A stretch of DNA of 64,000 nt from Candidatus Latescibacterota bacterium (GTDB lineage: Bacteria; Latescibacterota; UBA2968), in contig OZ242010.1 in NCBI GenBank assembly GCA_965204745.1, forward strand, positions 2,784,001-2,848,000, given 5' to 3'. A program made the position numbers and the translations under genes. A model generated the notes under the pieces. It ran no database searches. It saw only the letters and a program-made list of their open reading frames with translations, and had not been told where the DNA came from. Positions 9,897 to 19,779 of the stretch are shown here, one piece after another. How positions within the stretch are numbered: position 1 is the first letter of the stretch; every line of letters starts with the position of its first letter.

Positions 9897-10892
9897 CTAT
9901 ATTCCAGTAAGGACGCGATGGCTTTTGTTTAGAAAGAGATGGGAGGGAAGTTTTGATTTTTTGAATTGACCCTCTACATCATACCGCGAGAATTTTGAGT
10001 CAAACTTGCTCACGCTTTCTCCATAGCGCCGACGGGGGGCTTGACGTTGCAATGGCAAGAGACGCTCTAACTCTTGTGGCACAGATGATCGTTGAGCAGT
10101 TCGTAGCTGGTGCAGGTGCCGGAATGACAAGAGACGCTTTAACTCTTGTGGCACAGATGAGTCGGATGATTCTGTCTGCATATCCTCGGGTTGCTCGTCA
10201 ATCACCCGCAAGACGTCAAAGACGCGGGTTTGGGATTCTGTCTGCATGTCCTCGGGTTGCTCGTCAATCACCCGCAAGATGTCAAAGACGCGGGTTTGGG
10301 ATTCTGTCTGCATGTCCTCGAGTTGCTCGCCCCGGTTGAAAACCGAGGATTCCGCCTCCCGTGCTGAATCGGAACGCCAAAGCTCGTCGAACGCACTGTC
10401 TCTTAGCGGTTCCCGTAGCGGTGATTTGATGATGTGATCGTTGACGTTTAGGATGTGGGACTCTGCCGAGCCGGGAGACTTTGAGGAATTAGCAAGGTCG
10501 CCCAAAACGAAACGTCCCCTTTGCGTAACATTTCGGCAGAGGTCCCCCGAATTTTGCATCGCGTCGGCGATTTCTCTATTGATGGTTTCTTTGAGCAGGT
10601 CGCGCAGTTCCTCGGCAATTTTTGGATGTGGGTGGCCCACGAGGGCTTTGTTCGCCAACTCCTTGGCCAAGCGTGGTTGATCGCAGTCCAAAGCCAGCCA
10701 ACCTGCGCTGCGGTGTAGTATGGACCAACTCAGCCCGTTCTGATCGTTCAGTGCGTCGATCGCGTTCAGTTCAAATTTCAACGCCTGTTCAAAGAACTCC
10801 GTTGCCCGTTTCTCGTTGCCTCGCCGCCGTTCCATAACAGCGTGGTCAACGCATTCCATTGCCTTGTTGTGAAGATCACTAACGTTGCCCAT
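9897..10892 (-). CDS. Small TPR-like helical domain protein with a repeat-containing low-complexity C-terminal extension
   Basis: N-terminal ~100 aa LHNKAM...SILHRSAGWLALDC...IAEELRDLL. Overlaps the upstream gene end; RBS GAGGAG. Confidence 0.7.
   Translation of the reverse strand: MGNVSDLHNKAMECVDHAVMERRRGNEKRATEFFEQALKFELNAIDALNDQNGLSWSILHRSAGWLALDCDQPRLAKELANKALVGHPHPKIAEELRDLLKETINREIADAMQNSGDLCRNVTQRGRFVLGDLANSSKSPGSAESHILNVNDHIIKSPLREPLRDSAFDELWRSDSAREAESSVFNRGEQLEDMQTESQTRVFDILRVIDEQPEDMQTESQTRVFDVLRVIDEQPEDMQTESSDSSVPQELKRLLSFRHLHQLRTAQRSSVPQELERLLPLQRQAPRRRYGESVSKFDSKFSRYDVEGQFKKSKLPSHLFLNKSHRVLTGI
10056..10330. repeat. Coding repeats: ~2.5 x 66 bp, plus 2 x ~33 bp spaced 72 bp apart
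   Basis: GATTCTGTCTGCAT at 10168, 10234 and 10300 (EDMQTESQTRVFD units). CAAGAGACGCT(C/T)TAACTCTTGTGGCACAGATGA at 10056 and 10128. Confidence 0.93.
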
Positions 10893-11475
10893 TTCTCTTC
10901 TCCTCAATCTCGGCAAGCGGCCTTCTAAATTCGACTACGATTACGTAGACAGGCAATCCCCAAGTATCAGATTGGTCTATCTGTTGTAACTTTTTTTGAA
11001 TTCTTTCTCTGATTCGATGGTCATTGCCCGTGCGAATGCCGGATACTTCCAGGCTACCTCTGACAACAAAATTGTCATCTTGTAGAATGTCTCGCAATTT
11101 CGTCGTTACCTCGCGTTCGATGGCCGATATATTTGACGTATCAGCATTACCCAGCCAGTAATCAAATCCCGTGCCTTGCCATGAACGTGCAATAACGGTA
11201 TAACCAATTTCCCGGATAGCCACTAGAACCGCTATGCCAATCGCACCGGCCTCGGTAGCTTCATTGGGGTCATTCCAAGTCCGGCGTACTTGATTATTTG
11301 CTGGCGTCCAAGACAAGGGATAGCTATTGCTAACATACCCTTGAACCATAAGTCGGACACCTTGTTGGTGTCCTTGAGATTCTAAGCATATCGCTCCTGC
11401 CTGTGCCAGTTCATTGCCCTTTACTCGCGTGATGCCAGGGATGTCGTCGGTGTCCAAGTCATTCAAATTCAGCAT
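10879..11475 (-). CDS. Uncharacterised protein, putative PD-(D/E)XK-like nuclease
   Basis: EATEAGA...RSWQGTGFDYWLG...LEVSGI...VYVIVVEF, an E...D...ExS arrangement. An alternative TTG start at 11496 overlaps the SDR stop. Confidence 0.65.
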   Translation of the reverse strand: MLNLNDLDTDDIPGITRVKGNELAQAGAICLESQGHQQGVRLMVQGYVSNSYPLSWTPANNQVRRTWNDPNEATEAGAIGIAVLVAIREIGYTVIARSWQGTGFDYWLGNADTSNISAIEREVTTKLRDILQDDNFVVRGSLEVSGIRTGNDHRIRERIQKKLQQIDQSDTWGLPVYVIVVEFRRPLAEIEEKRNGQR

Positions 11476-11492
11476 GTATAACCAGTTCCATT

Positions 11493-12272
11493 TCAAAACG
11501 CCGTGGGGCGGCCCTGCGCGCCGTCGACGGGGATGGACGCGCCGTTGATCCAGCGTGCGCGGTCAGATGAGAGAAAGACCACGACATCGGCGACTTCAAA
11601 ATCCGTGCCCAGGCGTTGTGCGGGAAATTCGCGCGTGCGGAACATCTCGTACTGATCGGGGTTCTCGTCCTCGAAGCGTTCCCAACCGCCGCCGGGGAAC
11701 AATAGGGACCCCGGGCACACGGTGTTGGCGCGGATATCGTGCGGTGCCAATTCCCAGGCGAGCGCGCCTGCGAGAAAGATCTCGGCCGCTTTGGTCGCGC
11801 CGTATTGCGCTCCCCGGTTCGCGGGTTTCCAGCCGGAGATGGACGAGATGGTGACGATGCTGCCCCCGCCGCGTTTTGCCATGTGGGGAACAGCCGTGCG
11901 GCTGGCGCGAACCGCGTGAAAGAGGTTGAGGTCAAAGGTTTGTTGCCAATCCGCATCTGTGGAGGCGAGCAACTCGCGGGCGCCGGCCGTGCCCCCCACG
12001 TTGTTGACGAGCACATCCACGCCCCCGAGTGCGTCTGCGGCCGCGTCGACAAACCGCTCGACTTCTCCGGGCTTGGCAACGTCGAGCGCGAGGCCATACG
12101 CCGCGACATGGTGTGCGCGAATCTCGTCGAGCACCGCGTCGATGCCCGCTTGCCCGCGCGCACACACGGCGACATGGCACCCCTCTGCGGCAAAGCGCAA
12201 TGCGGTTGCGCGCCCGATGCCGCGACTGCCGCCGGTGATGAGGGCGACCTTATCGGTGAGTTTCAGATCCAT
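11493..12272 (-). CDS. SDR family oxidoreductase
   Basis: TGGSRGIG, VNNVG and YGATK catalytic motifs. Confidence 0.95.
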   Translation of the reverse strand: MDLKLTDKVALITGGSRGIGRATALRFAAEGCHVAVCARGQAGIDAVLDEIRAHHVAAYGLALDVAKPGEVERFVDAAADALGGVDVLVNNVGGTAGARELLASTDADWQQTFDLNLFHAVRASRTAVPHMAKRGGGSIVTISSISGWKPANRGAQYGATKAAEIFLAGALAWELAPHDIRANTVCPGSLLFPGGGWERFEDENPDQYEMFRTREFPAQRLGTDFEVADVVVFLSSDRARWINGASIPVDGAQGRPTAF

Positions 12273-12273
12273 C

Positions 12274-13440
12274 TCATCCCTCGATCTCGATCCGGGGCGG
12301 GTTGGCAAAATCGTGATACCGCTCGCGGATATTGCCCTGTGTGGCGTCGCCCTTGTGGAAATAATAGCGATACATGCCCACGAGCGACTCGCCTTGGGCC
12401 AAGGTGTGGTGCCCGCGGCGGCTCTCATCGCCGTAGAAATACGAATGCCCGAAAGGGTTGGCGGTCATCAGCCCGTAATTTCGCACATGCCAGTGCGTTG
12501 GGTGCCGGAAGCTGTGCGGATGATCCATGATCGCAACGCCCGTGAGCTTGCCATTGACCGGCCCGGAATAATGGCACCACGGCGCGCGTTTGCCCCAGGT
12601 CTCCTCCTCGTTGATACCGCCGATGCCATTCTCAATTTTGCCCCCCAAACCGCGCTTCACCTCCATCGTTTCTGCCACGCGAATCGAGGCCAAGCCGCCC
12701 TCTTTGGTGTCGCCGAACAGCACATCCATGTTTCGCGCTGTGAGCGTCAAGTGCAAATCCATGATCCGCACGGAAGAAGGCGTGTTGTACACAGTCCACT
12801 CGGCGCGCTGCTCCAAAATCTCGCGCTTCTTTCCCGGCGGCCCCGTCCACCCATCCATGCCCACCCAATCGCCATGCGATGCGATTCGCCCCAAAACCGG
12901 GCCGCTCTCCAATGCGTCAAAATCCCGATGCAAAATGCGCCCGTGGGATTCGCCCTCGGACCAATTGTCCGCGCCATTCACCTCGCCGTGGGCAATCCAG
13001 ATCGACCGATGGTGGTGGTGATCCATCTCGCGGCCATCCCGTGGCGTTGCCAATCGCCGCGTCACCGGGTCCCCATAAGGCCCGATCACCGGGTAAAAGA
13101 GCGGACGCGCCAATTTCTCGCCGTAACAATAGGTGGTAAAATGTTGCCCATCGACAGAGACAGACACCTCATCGTTGCCCTGCACGACCTCCACGCCGCG
13201 CCCCCTGTGCTGTGGCTCCTCGCCCAACGCGAGAACGCACTCTGCGGTTTGCTCTGCGTCGAGACGCGCCACGATGAAATCGACCTGCACCCCATCGCGT
13301 ACCGGCTTCACCTGACACGGGACTTCCGCATCGCCCATGCTCATCGTCGCCACGGTCGCGCTTTGGGAAATGACCACGGAAACCGGACAGTTGATCCGAT
13401 TGTGTGGCCCTGCGTGAACGGTCAGTTTTACGGTTGCCAT
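12274..13440 (-). CDS. DUF6807/PmoA-like family protein (not methane monooxygenase)
   Basis: RPLFYPV..GDPVTR, DHHHHRSIW, FGDTKEGG, MDHPHSFRHPTHWHVRNYG. RBS GAGGAGG. Confidence 0.8.
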   Translation of the reverse strand: MATVKLTVHAGPHNRINCPVSVVISQSATVATMSMGDAEVPCQVKPVRDGVQVDFIVARLDAEQTAECVLALGEEPQHRGRGVEVVQGNDEVSVSVDGQHFTTYCYGEKLARPLFYPVIGPYGDPVTRRLATPRDGREMDHHHHRSIWIAHGEVNGADNWSEGESHGRILHRDFDALESGPVLGRIASHGDWVGMDGWTGPPGKKREILEQRAEWTVYNTPSSVRIMDLHLTLTARNMDVLFGDTKEGGLASIRVAETMEVKRGLGGKIENGIGGINEEETWGKRAPWCHYSGPVNGKLTGVAIMDHPHSFRHPTHWHVRNYGLMTANPFGHSYFYGDESRRGHHTLAQGESLVGMYRYYFHKGDATQGNIRERYHDFANPPRIEIEG

Positions 13441-13479
13441 CGTTATCCTCCTCAAGAGATGAATGGATGCGTCCACACC

Positions 13480-13593
13480 GCCCAACCCCCTTCGGTGAGA
13501 CGTAAGACGGGAGAGGTGAGGCAACCCCGCCACACCGCCCAAGTGGTCAGTGGTCAGTGGTCAGTGGTCAGTGGTCAGTGGTCAGTCCCCGCC
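13480..13593 (+). repeat. Composite dispersed repeat ending in an (AGTGGTC)6 heptamer array
   Basis: Homologous in inverted orientation to the element at 41654-41683 + 42869-42973, whose array unit is AGTTGTC. Confidence 0.9.
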
Positions 13594-13692
13594 CAACAGC
13601 CCCAAAACCCGACGCACTTCGTAAACGCAATGGAGCGGGTAACGGGATTGGGGATAGGTTACACAATCCGCGTTCAAAGTCAAGCAAAAGCG

Positions 13693-13721
13693 TTGACATC
13701 CCCTATACATGCGGTTATCAT
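13693..13721 (+). promoter_or_regulatory. sigma70-type promoter
   Basis: TTGACA-N17-TATCAT, 35 bp upstream of the epimerase ATG. Confidence 0.75.
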
Positions 13722-13756
13722 AAGTTCAAACCCTCATCACTCACTCGGAGATCACC

Positions 13757-14686
13757 ATGTCCATTCTCGTCACCGGAGGCTCGGGCTTTGTCGGGGCGTG
13801 GGTTGTCAAACGCTTGGCCGAAGAAGGCGAAAACGTCATCGTCTATGACGTGTTTGAACGCCGAGATGATTTCTTGTCCCATGTTGCGGACCGCATCACC
13901 TTTGTCGAAGGCAATGTCTTGGGTCTCGCGCATCTCAACGACATTGTACGCAATGCGGTCGAACTCACGGGCATCGTCCACACCGCCGCGCTCTTGGGCG
14001 GGGATGTGCGCGACAATCCCCATTTTGCAACGCAGGTGAACGTGGGCGGCACGCACAACATCCTCGAAATCGCCCGTCAGGTCGGGGGGCTCAAAGTCGT
14101 CTATATCTCCAGCGGCGCGGTCTATGGCAAGCAAGAAGGCCCCCTGACCGAAGATACGCCGATGATTCCAAGCGACCCCTACGGCGCGACCAAAGCCATG
14201 GCCGAACACCTCTGCCACCAGTATTACGCGACTTACGGCGTGGATGTGCTGTGCGCGCGCATCTTCTTCGTGTACGGCCCGCCCAACGCGCCGGGGCCGG
14301 ACTCGGGCTTTAACACGCGCTTGTTCGCCGGGCTGCGTGGGCAAGACGTGCATCTGCCAAAGGGCCGCGACCAAAAAGCCGATTGGACGTATGTCGAAGA
14401 CGCGGCCCGCGGGATCGCGCTCATGCTCAAGGCGACCCATGTCGCGCAGCGATCTTTCAACATTGCGACCGGCACGTACAACCCGATTGACGAAATCGTG
14501 GAAGTCATCCAGCGGCACGCGCCGGGCAATCCGGCGTACGACATCGGCCCAGGCGTCAACCTCGAGCGCGGCGCGCCACTCGACATCACCCTCGCCAAAG
14601 ACCAACTCGGCTACGAACCCCAATACGACCTCGAAGCGGGCATCCGTGCGTACCGCGCTTGGTTTGATACGCAACGGGAATTATGA
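13757..14686 (+). CDS. NAD-dependent epimerase/dehydratase
   Basis: ILVTGGSGFVG, ISSGAVYG, YGATK, VYGP. Confidence 0.93.
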   Translation: MSILVTGGSGFVGAWVVKRLAEEGENVIVYDVFERRDDFLSHVADRITFVEGNVLGLAHLNDIVRNAVELTGIVHTAALLGGDVRDNPHFATQVNVGGTHNILEIARQVGGLKVVYISSGAVYGKQEGPLTEDTPMIPSDPYGATKAMAEHLCHQYYATYGVDVLCARIFFVYGPPNAPGPDSGFNTRLFAGLRGQDVHLPKGRDQKADWTYVEDAARGIALMLKATHVAQRSFNIATGTYNPIDEIVEVIQRHAPGNPAYDIGPGVNLERGAPLDITLAKDQLGYEPQYDLEAGIRAYRAWFDTQREL

Positions 14687-14714
14687 CCGCCCCACGGAGA
14701 GGAGAGACCTCGTT

Positions 14715-14782
14715 CCCTTTGTATCTTTGGGCGAGCACGGGGCATCGTAGGCACAGGCGTAGCCTACAACGCAACGAAGCAA
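14715..14782. repeat. REP-like dispersed repeat modules
   Basis: 14715-14747 matches the reverse complement of ~48936-48970. AGGCACAGGCGTAGCCTACAA is also present at 51858-51878. Confidence 0.7.
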
Positions 14783-14798
14783 AAAAAAGGAAAATACC

Positions 14799-15743
14799 AT
14801 GCCAAACAAAACCATTCGCTACTTGGACGATGGCAGTATCGAACTCATCGAACGGGATGTTCCGGATCCGGTTGCGGGCGAAATTCAAATTGCGGGCGGC
14901 GCGTGTGGGATTTGTTCGTGGGATGTGGCGACCGCCAAACTCGGCGTGCAAATGCACCCGATGGCGCCGCCCGGGCACGAGGGCGTGGGCTATGTCGCCA
15001 AAGTGGGGGCGGGTGTCATGGGCTTCAGAGAGGGCGACCGGGTCGCAGGAGGCGGGTTCGCGCTGATTCGCAACTTGTCCGCGCAGCGCGTTCACAAAAT
15101 CCCGGCATCGAACTTGCCGGACGAACACTGGATCGTCGAACCCGTGGCTTGCGCGGTCACGGGCATTGACCATTGCCAGATTCAACCTGGCTATCGCATC
15201 GCGGTGATCGGTTGCGGGTTCATGGGCTTGTTGATCCTGCAAGGGCTTCTCCGCCATCCCCTCGACGATTTGATCGGCTTGGACATCGCGCAAGGCCGGT
15301 TGGATATGGCGCGACAACTCGGGGTCGCCGAAGTCTATAATACGACGCAGGTGGATATGCCCGCCTTGGCGCGGGAACTCAAAGCCCGAGAGATCGACGT
15401 TGTGGTCGATACCTCGGGCAGTCAGGCCGGCCTGGACCTCGCCACTGACATCGTAAGACGCGGCGGGCGCATCAACCTCTTCGGCTGGCTCAAAGGTCAA
15501 ACCGCCACATTTGACCCCACAAAATGGCACTTGGGGGGATTCACCGTCGTCAACTCCGCGCCGGCTTCAAAACTGCGCGACACATTCGGGCCGGCGATTC
15601 GCCTCATCCACAAAGGCATCATCGACCTCAAACCGCTGGTGACACACACGGCCCCCCTCGAAGATTATCCCGCGCTCATGACCCGCATTGTAGCGGGCGA
15701 TGAGCATTACATCAAAGGCGTCGTCACGCTCGACCCAGAATGA
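14799..15743 (+). CDS. Zinc-binding (MDR family) dehydrogenase
   Basis: CGICSWD, GHEGVG, EPVAC, GCGFMG. Confidence 0.92.
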   Translation: MPNKTIRYLDDGSIELIERDVPDPVAGEIQIAGGACGICSWDVATAKLGVQMHPMAPPGHEGVGYVAKVGAGVMGFREGDRVAGGGFALIRNLSAQRVHKIPASNLPDEHWIVEPVACAVTGIDHCQIQPGYRIAVIGCGFMGLLILQGLLRHPLDDLIGLDIAQGRLDMARQLGVAEVYNTTQVDMPALARELKAREIDVVVDTSGSQAGLDLATDIVRRGGRINLFGWLKGQTATFDPTKWHLGGFTVVNSAPASKLRDTFGPAIRLIHKGIIDLKPLVTHTAPLEDYPALMTRIVAGDEHYIKGVVTLDPE

Positions 15744-15783
15744 CGCCAGGCGGCTGTCTCGCCTACTGAAAAGGACAAAAGAA

Positions 15784-18252
15784 ATGGCCCTCAAAACGAC
15801 AACGGACTTTGCAACGGGCAAGGCCATTCAAGCCGACAAGGCAGAGGAAAAAGTCCGTCAAGAATACGAACGAGTCTTGGTCCACGACTACGGCTATCGC
15901 AAGTCGGAGATAGACATTGAAGTGCCGATTCCACGCGGATCGAGTCAGAAAGATCGCGCCGATGTGGTGGTGTACGCCGCCGCAAAGGGCAGAGATCCAT
16001 CCGCCGATATTCTGGGCATTATTGAAACCAAGCGGCCCGGAGATACCTCCGGCAAAGCACAACTCAAATCGTACATGACGGCGACCTCAGCGGTTTGGGG
16101 AGTCTGGACCAATGGAGACAGCATCGAGTATTTCTGCAAGCCCTACGGTCAGACCGCCGTATCAGAGGGCTATCTCAACAACATCCCTTCGCGGGGACAG
16201 CGCGTTGAAGATGTGGGAAACCACAAAAAGAGCGAATTGAAACCTTATGGACGAGTGGAACTCAAGTTGGCCTTTCGGCGCATTCTGAATACCCTGTACG
16301 CAAACACCACGATCAGCCGTCGCGAGAAGCTCGGCAATGAGATGATCAAGTTGATTTTCGCAAAGATACGAGACGAAACGACCTATCCCAATCGCGTGCC
16401 AGCCTTCCGCGTCGGTTATGGCGAAGATCCAGAATCCGTCAAAGAGCGGATCGTCGCTCTGTTTCGAGACTCGGTCCGCGACCTGTCCCATGATGGCGTT
16501 TTCGATCAACGCGACACGATCACCTTAGATGCCAAGGGCGTAGCGTGGGTGGTCGGGCAACTGGAGCGGGGAAGTCTGGTCGAGACCCCTACGGATGTGG
16601 TGGGCGATGCCTTCGAGGTTTTTGCCGAATCCAAACTCGTGGGCGAGAAAGGCGAGTTTTTTACGCCGCGGGGCGTCATCGACCTCGCCGTGAAACTAAC
16701 CGGTCCCCAACCCGAGCAGACGGTCTGCGATCCGGCCTGTGGTTCGGGCGGTTTTCTAATCGCCACCATGCGCCATATTTGGCAATCGATGGAGAACGAT
16801 CCAAAATGGAAAAATCTACCGGAACTACAGTTGCAATCAGCCAAACACCAAATCGCTTCAAGGTGTTTTTTCGGCATTGACAAGGAATCCGATCTCGTCC
16901 GAATCGCAAAGGCGTACATGGCGATTTCAGGCGATGGACGAAGCAATATCGTCCATGAGAACGCGCTACACGAGGTGGCGGACTTCAACGACATAGCCAG
17001 ACAGCGGTTTATGGAAAATGGCAAGTTCGAGCAGTTCGATTTCATCCTGACCAATCCGCCTTATGGCACGAAGACAAAAGTCTTAAAAAACGAAGCTCAA
17101 AACTTTGAGTTGGGGCACAAGTGGTCCCTAAAAAATGGAGAATGGGTCAAGGGAAAGCCCCGAGAAACCGATCCTTATGTGCTGTTTGTGGAGCGATGTT
17201 TCGACATGCTCAAAGATGGCGGCACGTTGGCTATCGTCTTGCCGGAAACCGTTTTTCACGCGCCGACAACCGCGTACTTGCGCCACTATATGGCAAAGCA
17301 AGGCGATGTGGTTGCCGTCATCGGACTGCCGCATAACACCTTTCGCCCGCATTGCAATGCAAAAACCTGCTTGCTGGTGATGAAGAAAGGGACGGGGCGG
17401 AGGGATGAGCGGCAAACCGTCATCATGGCCGCCCCAAAGGAAATGGGACACAACCACCAAGGAAAAGAGATGTATCGGCCTGGCACGTTGGATGTGTGGA
17501 ACGATCTGCCCGTTGTCTTAAAAGAATTAGACGATCCTTCAGACAGCGAAAATGCGTTCGTCTTCACTGTGCCATGGAAAAAGATCGAAGCGACTGGGCA
17601 CCTCATCCCGCATTACTACGCCTACCGCCGCAAGCCAAAGTTGCCACCGCCTGGGCAAAAGTGGGTGCGATTGGGGGATCTCGTCGCCGAGGAGGTCATC
17701 GTTGCCTGGGACGGTCACGGATCGCCATCGAGCGCGGAAAAAGGAGAAGGCGACATTCCCTACATTCGCGTCGCGGACATCGTGAATTGGGAGCTATACC
17801 GAAACCCCACCTCGGGCGTCACGCTCGAAACTTATGAGAAACTCACGCGGGGAAAACCGCGTGTGAAAGCAGGAGACGTCATTTTCGTCCGCAGAGGTAG
17901 CTATCGAATCGGGACCGTGGCAATGGCGTCTGAGCGAGACGAAATGGTCGTCCTCACGCGCGAGTTGTTGACGCTTCGCGTGCAGGACAACGATTATGGG
18001 TTCACACCGCACTATCTCCTCGCGCTTATGTCGTCACAATTGGTACAAGATCAAATCGAGAGCCTCGTCTTCATAGATACCACGCTACCCAACATCGGCG
18101 ACCGCTGGCGAGAACTTTTGCTCCCCGTGTATCTAAAAAGGAATGAGATCGACGAATTGAGTGCCCGCGTGTCATCCGCCATCCAAAAGAAGTGGGCGGC
18201 CCAACGCGAGATTCAGGGTCTTCGCGCCGACATCGGAGGCCTGGTCACATGA
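15784..18252 (+). CDS. Restriction-modification fusion: HsdR-N-like nuclease + amino-methyltransferase (NPPY) + single TRD
   Basis: EEKVRQ...RADVVVY...IIETK; GEFFTPR; CDPACGSGGFL; NPPYG; C-terminal HsdS-like half (IPYIRVADI, GDVIFVR). Confidence 0.88.
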   Translation: MALKTTTDFATGKAIQADKAEEKVRQEYERVLVHDYGYRKSEIDIEVPIPRGSSQKDRADVVVYAAAKGRDPSADILGIIETKRPGDTSGKAQLKSYMTATSAVWGVWTNGDSIEYFCKPYGQTAVSEGYLNNIPSRGQRVEDVGNHKKSELKPYGRVELKLAFRRILNTLYANTTISRREKLGNEMIKLIFAKIRDETTYPNRVPAFRVGYGEDPESVKERIVALFRDSVRDLSHDGVFDQRDTITLDAKGVAWVVGQLERGSLVETPTDVVGDAFEVFAESKLVGEKGEFFTPRGVIDLAVKLTGPQPEQTVCDPACGSGGFLIATMRHIWQSMENDPKWKNLPELQLQSAKHQIASRCFFGIDKESDLVRIAKAYMAISGDGRSNIVHENALHEVADFNDIARQRFMENGKFEQFDFILTNPPYGTKTKVLKNEAQNFELGHKWSLKNGEWVKGKPRETDPYVLFVERCFDMLKDGGTLAIVLPETVFHAPTTAYLRHYMAKQGDVVAVIGLPHNTFRPHCNAKTCLLVMKKGTGRRDERQTVIMAAPKEMGHNHQGKEMYRPGTLDVWNDLPVVLKELDDPSDSENAFVFTVPWKKIEATGHLIPHYYAYRRKPKLPPPGQKWVRLGDLVAEEVIVAWDGHGSPSSAEKGEGDIPYIRVADIVNWELYRNPTSGVTLETYEKLTRGKPRVKAGDVIFVRRGSYRIGTVAMASERDEMVVLTRELLTLRVQDNDYGFTPHYLLALMSSQLVQDQIESLVFIDTTLPNIGDRWRELLLPVYLKRNEIDELSARVSSAIQKKWAAQREIQGLRADIGGLVT

Positions 18253-18289
18253 CCATAGATGAATAGACGAATCCCGCACAACCCCCAAA

Positions 18290-18395
18290 AGCAAGAGGGG
18301 AGAGGTGAGACGCAAGACGGGAAAGGCGAAAAGCAACCACATAAGAACGCGGATGAGAGGTACGTAGGGGCGGTGTACAACTGCGATAGCAGTTC
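18290..18395. repeat. Degenerate heptamer array plus GTAG-type REP-like palindrome
   Basis: GCAAGAG GGGAGAG GTGAGAC GCAAGAC GGGAAAG, then GTAGGGGCGGTGTACAACTGCGATAGC, with relatives at 30364, 37157-37184 and 48882. Confidence 0.65.
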
Positions 18396-18447
18396 CCGAC
18401 AAGAAGAAAGGCGAGTCGTAAGGGCAATCAATAAACCCATTTCAACC

Positions 18448-19359
18448 ATGAAAACAGCTATCGACCAATTTCTCAACCACCTGTCGCGGGAGCGGCGGTT
18501 GTCCGAGCATACGTGCAAGGCTTATGCCACGGATCTGGACCAGTTCGCCGATTTTTTGCAGACGCGCGATATACGCCATCCGCAACAGATCGACCGAAAC
18601 GCCGTGCGGGGGTTTTTGGGCTTCTTGCACAACCGGGGATTTGGCCGGCGATCCGTTGCCCGAAAGCTGGCGGCGGTGCGTACGTTTTTGAGTTATTTGT
18701 GTACGTTGGACGATGCCGAGTATCCCCAAACCAGCCGTTTGGATCAAAATCCCGCGCTCGACGTGCGGCCGCCCAGGCAGGATAAGGCATTGCCCGTTTA
18801 TATTGACGTGGATGAGGCCGCACGGGCCATGTCCATCCCATCGCCCAACACGGTCTTGGGATTGCGCGACCGGGCCATCTTGGAATTGTTTTACAGCACG
18901 GGCATTCGCCTGCGCGAACTCGCGGGTCTCAAAACAGACGCGCTGGACTTGACCGACAAACTGGTGCGCGTTGTCGGCAAGGGCAACAACGAGCGGTTGG
19001 TCCCGTTTGGCGAACCGGCCCGAGTCGCGCTGGTGGCGTATCTGGCGCGACGGGGGGAATTGATTTCGCAACAGACCGCGGATCGCCACCACCTGTTCTT
19101 GGCGCGATCCGGACAGCCGCTCAGCCCAAGCGGGGTTCAAAGCCGCGTCACCCGGCACCTCGGCAAAGCGACCGGGCGCGCCTTGTCCCCCCACGCCTTG
19201 CGCCACGCATTTGCGACCCATCTGTTAGATGCAGGCGCAGATTTGAACTCGGTGAAAGAATTGCTCGGGCATGCGAGCCTGTCCACCACGCAGGTCTATA
19301 CGCACGTCAGCGTTGAACGCCTCAAAAAATCCTATCGAAAAGCGCATCCGAGGGCATAG
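18448..19359 (+). CDS. xerC: Tyrosine recombinase XerC
   Basis: RDRAILELFYSTGIR, GKGNNER, PHALRHAFATHLL, LLGHASLSTTQVYTH, YRKAHPRA. Confidence 0.88.
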   Translation: MKTAIDQFLNHLSRERRLSEHTCKAYATDLDQFADFLQTRDIRHPQQIDRNAVRGFLGFLHNRGFGRRSVARKLAAVRTFLSYLCTLDDAEYPQTSRLDQNPALDVRPPRQDKALPVYIDVDEAARAMSIPSPNTVLGLRDRAILELFYSTGIRLRELAGLKTDALDLTDKLVRVVGKGNNERLVPFGEPARVALVAYLARRGELISQQTADRHHLFLARSGQPLSPSGVQSRVTRHLGKATGRALSPHALRHAFATHLLDAGADLNSVKELLGHASLSTTQVYTHVSVERLKKSYRKAHPRA

Positions 19360-19386
19360 AGAAACAACTCCCGGCGGGTGGAATAC

Positions 19387-19463
19387 TAGGTCGTGTTGAC
19401 ATTTTATTTTTTTGAGGTTACGCAGAGTAGCAAATGTGTTGCTTGTCTCAAGCGTTTGGTCCT
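19387..19463. repeat. Truncated copy of the MITE-like repeat (terminus TAGGTCGTGTTGACATTTT)
   Basis: Matches the starts of the copies at 50607 and 53205. Confidence 0.85.
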
Positions 19464-19507
19464 TTGATGGCTTATCTCAAGGGTTGCTCTGATGGCATGC
19501 GCGAGGG

Positions 19508-19774
19508 GACCTATCCCCCGGCCCCTTTCCTGCGAGGAAAGGGGAGTAAAGTCCCTTTGATGGCTTAATCAATGGCTGTTTTTAAGAGCATTGCGCGAGG
19601 GCATAAAGCGATTGAAAATCCCTCACTCCATCCCTCGCAAAGCCCATCCGTGGCTGTTTTTAAGGGCGTTGCGCGAGGGCATAAAGCGATTAAATATCCC
19701 TCATCAATCCCCTCGCAAAACCGCTCACAGTTCCCCCCTTCCTCAAAGGAAGGGGGGGCTAGGGGGGGTAGGTC
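19508..19774. repeat. Palindrome-ended repeat with an internal ~78-bp tandem duplication
   Basis: GACCTATCCCCCGGCCCC...GGGGCTAGGGGGGGTAGGTC ends. Duplicated TGGCTGTTTTTAAG...CCCTCGCAAA at ~19573 and ~19651. Inverted relative at ~51700-51915. Confidence 0.75.
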
Positions 19775-19779
19775 CCGAT

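Noticed and set aside
12274-13440. PmoA-named family suggesting methane oxidation
   Set aside because: Soluble protein with no multi-TM profile and no pmoC/pmoB; it sits among catabolic oxidoreductases. The family name is misleading.
13542-13586. Heptamer arrays and 63/66-bp repeats as a possible CRISPR array
   Set aside because: No unique spacers between repeats and no cas genes; the longer repeats are in-frame coding units.
11926-13848. Long antisense ORFs (e.g. 11926-13848, 2242-3525, 49227-50594, 56717-58324, 60748-61995)
   Set aside because: Shadow frames of well-supported genes in GC-rich DNA, with no motifs.
18448-19359. Tyrosine recombinase beside an RM gene as an integron or phage integrase
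   Set aside because: Length and motifs are typical chromosomal XerC (ends HPRA), it lacks the IntI-specific insertion, and no attC-like array was seen.
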